A stretch of DNA of 64,000 bases, taken from an uncultured Gemmatimonadales bacterium (lineage in GTDB: Bacteria > Gemmatimonadota > Gemmatimonadetes > Longimicrobiales > RSA9). Positions 60,845 to 64,000 of the stretch are shown one piece after another. Location: the NCBI GenBank assembly GCA_963798085.1, contig CAWCRS010000009.1, positions 281,869 to 345,868 on the forward strand, read 5' to 3'. Under the pieces are notes generated by a model, which was given only the letters and a program-made list of their open reading frames with translations, did not search any database and was not told the origin of the DNA. Numbering within the stretch: position 1 is the stretch's first letter; the number at the start of each line of letters is the position of its first letter. Position numbers and translations under genes: made by a program.

Positions 60845-61883
60845 CTAGAACCCGCGTGTCGCGTCGTACTGGTTGCGCAGCGGCTGGCCGGCCAGGAAGA
60901 GACGCAGGTTCTCGCAGAACAGGTCGGTGATGCGCTCGTTCTCGCGCTGCGATGTGCTGGCCGAGTGCGGATAGATCAGGACGTTCTCCATTTCCCAGAG
61001 CGGACTCGTTGCCGGCAGCGGCTCCTCGCGAAACACATCGAGCCCCGCGCCCAGCAGGTGACCGGAACGGAGCGATTCGATCAGCGCCGCCTCGTCGACC
61101 AGCGCACCGCGTCCAATGTTGATGAACACCGCACCTGCCGGCAGCAGCGCCAGCTCGCGCGCGCCGATCATGCCCTCGGTCTCCGCCGTGCGCGGCGCGA
61201 TGAGCACGAGATTCTGCGCGAGCGGCAGCACGTGCGCCAGCTCGCTGCGGGCCGTACAGCTCGTCGAGGTGCAGCGACGCCGCCGTCGCAGTGCCGACGG
61301 TGCGCTTCACGCCAATGACGCGCATGCCCAGCGTGCTCGCCACGCGCGCGATCTCGCGGCCCACGCCGCCCATGCCCACGATCACGAGCGTCTGGCCGCG
61401 CAGGTCGGAGGTGGCGAAGCGTTCCCAGTGCTTCGCGCGCTGCTCGCGCAGCGCGTGCGGCAGTCGCTTGTGGAACGCGAACAGCACCATGAAGCAGAAC
61501 TCCATGAGCGGCTGTGCGTGTACGCCCGCGCACGTCGTCAGTGTCACGTGTGGCAGGCTCTGGTGCAGGCCCATGCGTGCGACGAATTCGCCGATACCGG
61601 CACTCGTCGCCTGAATCCATTGCAGCCGTGGTGCCAGCGTGTGCAGCTCGCGCGCGTTGGCGCGGTCGAAGTCGAAGAGGATTTCCGCGCGGGCCAGCAG
61701 TGCGCGCCACTGCGCTTCCTGTTCCGGCGTGCGCGTGAACGGCGCGCCGCTGTGGTCGGCCGCGTAGCGCGGCGGCGCCAGCAGCGTCGGCTCACAGAGC
61801 ACCTCGAGTCGCTCGTCGACCTGACGGATGCGTGCGACGTGCTCCGGTTCCAGGTAGCTCGCAATGAGGATGGTTCGCTTCAT
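60845..61883 (-). CDS. D-2-hydroxyacid dehydrogenase, apparent frameshift near 61250
   Basis: LQWIQATSAGI, IVGMGGVGREIA, FINIGRGALVDE, GAGLDVFREEPLP, YPHSA. Confidence 0.9.
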
Positions 61884-62040
61884 TGAGTGATCAGGCGGCA
61901 AACAGTGCCGTTCATGATGAGCGACACAATGCGCGCCGCACGGCGGAGCGCGCAAACCGACAACCGTTGGGGCCCGGATGGAAGGCGGGATTCAGGGTGG
62001 GATGACGGGAGCCATGGGCGGCCCCCTTGATTTCAGCGTT

Positions 62041-62063
62041 ATGGTACTGCATCATGGTACCAT
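62041..62063. promoter_or_regulatory. Inverted repeat, HicB operator candidate
   Basis: ATGGTAC-N9-GTACCAT overlapping the hicA start. Confidence 0.5.
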
Positions 62064-62304
62064 GACCCGGCACGAGGATACGCTCGAAAAGATCCGTCGC
62101 CTCAATCCGGGGGTGCATTGGAAGAGGGTGGAGGCGTGCCTCAGGTGGCTTGGCGCGGAATCGTACGAGGGCTCCGGATCGACCGTCACGTTCGTTCTCG
62201 ACGGTCGGAAGCTGACGGTGGACCGGCCACACCCGCGCAAGGAATGCGGCATGGGTCTGGTAAAGCGCGTGCGGAGTTATCTCGAATCCCCTGGGCGGCT
62301 CTGA
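62062..62304 (+). CDS. hicA: HicA-family toxin
   Basis: 80 aa; W..VEACLRWLGAESYEGSGSTVTFVLDGRKLTVDRPHP; directly upstream of hicB. Confidence 0.8.
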   Translation: MTRHEDTLEKIRRLNPGVHWKRVEACLRWLGAESYEGSGSTVTFVLDGRKLTVDRPHPRKECGMGLVKRVRSYLESPGRL

Positions 62305-62320
62305 ATCGGCAGGAGGTACC

Positions 62321-62731
62321 ATGATCGAGTACAAGGGTTATATGGGTGTCGTCGAGTTCGACCCGGAGCTGCGCCTGTTCACCGGGCACGTGGTCGATCT
62401 GCGCGACGAGATCTACTTCGAGGGCGACACTGTGGACGCGCTGGACGCGTCGATGCGGCGTACGGTGGACCATTATCTATCGGTTTGCAAGCAGCGTGGG
62501 GAAGAACCCGAGCGCCCGTTTTCGGGCAAGCTTAATGTTCGCCTGGGATCCGATCTGCACAGGGCTGCGGCGCTGGCGGCCGCTGCTGAAGGAGAGAGTC
62601 TCAACAACTGGCTTGTTCGAGTCGTCGATTCCGCCGCACATGAGGCGGTCACGAGAACAGTGCGGCGAAGCCATGCGAAGCGAGCAGTTACGAAGAGCGC
62701 CAAACGGAGTCGGCGATCACGCGGGAGCTGA
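62321..62731 (+). CDS. hicB: HicB-family antitoxin
   Basis: MIEYKGYMGVVEFD...FEGDTV...YLSVCKQRGEEPERPFSGKLNVRL...ESLNNW. Confidence 0.92.
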   Translation: MIEYKGYMGVVEFDPELRLFTGHVVDLRDEIYFEGDTVDALDASMRRTVDHYLSVCKQRGEEPERPFSGKLNVRLGSDLHRAAALAAAAEGESLNNWLVRVVDSAAHEAVTRTVRRSHAKRAVTKSAKRSRRSRGS

Positions 62732-63163
62732 CGGGTGGGCGCTCGTCCGGTGCCATTGCTGCGCCAGCGATACAGGGCCAACGTCCGCCTTGCCTGGCCA
62801 GGGAAATCGCGTGATGGCGGGCTCCATCGCTGCGAAACATGCCGCAGCAGCCGGGGCAGCGCGGTGAACGCACCGAACGCGGCCGGCCACTCACGCGTTT
62901 GGCGCGTTAGCCGCGCAAAAACGCGGTCAAAGAACCAAACGCGCGACCGGTCAAAGGGGATTTGGGGCGATTGCCGCGCCTCGCGCGGCTTCCGGACCCA
63001 ATCGTGAAATCGTGATACCACGTTTGGTGCCGTGGCCGCGTTTCAGCCGTCGTGTCACCGTTTGCGTTCGTTGTGAAGCTCGCGCGACAGGCGCGCACCC
63101 GGCTTGCTCCGGGCCTCGACGGAATCGTTCGGAAGGCTGACGCTGCCGCGATGATGCCGGGCG

Positions 63164-63724
63164 TCATGGGTCGATGTGCCCGCCGAATACCGCCGGCACG
63201 CTGAGCTCGAGAGCGGGTGTGGCAGGCGACGGCTGCCAGCGCAGAATCTCGTCGCAGATGTCCGGTCCGGCATCCGCCGACAGCCCGTAGCGCTCGATGC
63301 GTCGCGCCTCCGGGTCGACCACCCAGTACTCGGGCACGCCGAAGTCGCGGTAGCGGAGCGGCTTCTTCAGGCGGTCGATCCGCTTCGAGTGCGGCGAGAG
63401 CACTTCCACGACGAGTGCGGGCGGCGATTCCACGCCCCGGTCCGACAGCTCGGCGCCGGGCGGCACGAAGACCATGTCCGGGCGCAGGAACTGGCCGGAC
63501 ACGAACAGCACGTCCACATCCCAGAGCACCTCGCCGATTCGATGCTCGTCCACATAGTCGCTCAGAAAGCGGAAGAGTCTGGCCGCGGCCCGCTGGTGTG
63601 GGATCCCCGGAGCCGGCGTCACGCACACTTCCCCATTGATGACCTCGTAGTGATTGCCGTCGTCCGGCAGGCGGGCGTATTCCGCGTACGTCCACTCGGG
63701 TGTGGCTCCCGTCGACTGCGCCAT
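63164..63724 (-). CDS. Uma2/DUF820-family endonuclease
   Basis: WTYAEYARLPDDGNHYEVINGE...PAP..HQ, RPD, LVVEVLSP, D...K...Y...GVPEYWVVDP. Confidence 0.9.
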   Translation of the reverse strand: MAQSTGATPEWTYAEYARLPDDGNHYEVINGEVCVTPAPGIPHQRAAARLFRFLSDYVDEHRIGEVLWDVDVLFVSGQFLRPDMVFVPPGAELSDRGVESPPALVVEVLSPHSKRIDRLKKPLRYRDFGVPEYWVVDPEARRIERYGLSADAGPDICDEILRWQPSPATPALELSVPAVFGGHIDP

Positions 63725-63799
63725 GGTGATCATCCGGTAAGGGTGCAGTGGTTGCCGGGGCGCCGACATGGCGCTCCGCGACATTTCCCCGAACCATAG

Positions 63800-64000
63800 C
63801 CTCGCCCGTCCGCCGGAGGCGAGGACTTCGCACTGAAGAGTGGCCGCGGCTTCAGCGACAGCGACCGCATTGATACGGAGCCCGTGGCGGTGGTGAACGA
63901 GACCGCGGCGCGGCAGTTCTGGCCGGGCCAGTCCGCCATTGGCAAATGGATCGAGTACGCGCAGGACACGACCGGTCACAGGGTGCGACGCCGTGTCGTC
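63800..64000 (+). pseudogene. 5'-truncated fragment of an ADOP/MacB permease periplasmic domain, running off the window
   Basis: ALKSGRGFSDSDRIDTEPVAVVNETAARQFWPGQSAIGKWI...; in-frame TAG at 63797 and no ATG before the domain. Confidence 0.6.

Noticed and set aside
58940..62915. Integron attC sites (GTTAGC cores near 58962 and 62906)
   Set aside because: No matching inverse core with a paired stem could be found, and no integron integrase is present

Overview
High-GC bacterial chromosomal segment. Gene content (ADOP permeases with PadR, beta-propeller lipoproteins, BlaI/M56) suggests Gemmatimonadota or a similar lineage, but this is inference. No rRNA, tRNA, CRISPR array or transposase was recognised. 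In order, the window holds: an ADOP-type ABC permease; an energy-converting-hydrogenase-related (Ehr/Hyf-like) operon led by an HTH-PTS EIIA regulator; a DUF4242-nucleotide cyclase; modCBA with an XRE-PBP regulator; kup; two convergent PadR-led operons carrying five more ADOP permeases and no ATPase; several secreted or membrane proteins; a PAS-GGDEF-EAL protein; an M20 peptidase; an operon of an SDYD-repeat protein, BlaI and an M56 protease; a histone-H1-like protein; an 880-aa coiled-coil protein; a cNMP-histidine kinase with a REC-TrxB-like partner; and a variable tail (TIR remnant, DUF819, 2-hydroxyacid dehydrogenase, HicAB, Uma2, ADOP fragment). The most striking observations are three. 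(1) The Ehr small subunit has all four N2-type [4Fe-4S] cysteines substituted, on top of a Ni-less large subunit. (2) The BlaI/BlaR-like module has a sensor tail built from the same repeat as the secreted protein it appears to control. (3) A dispersed GGGGCT/GGTTGCT repeat family brackets an 860-bp insert inside the Ehr operon. About a dozen single-base frameshifts look like long-read errors rather than true pseudogenes.
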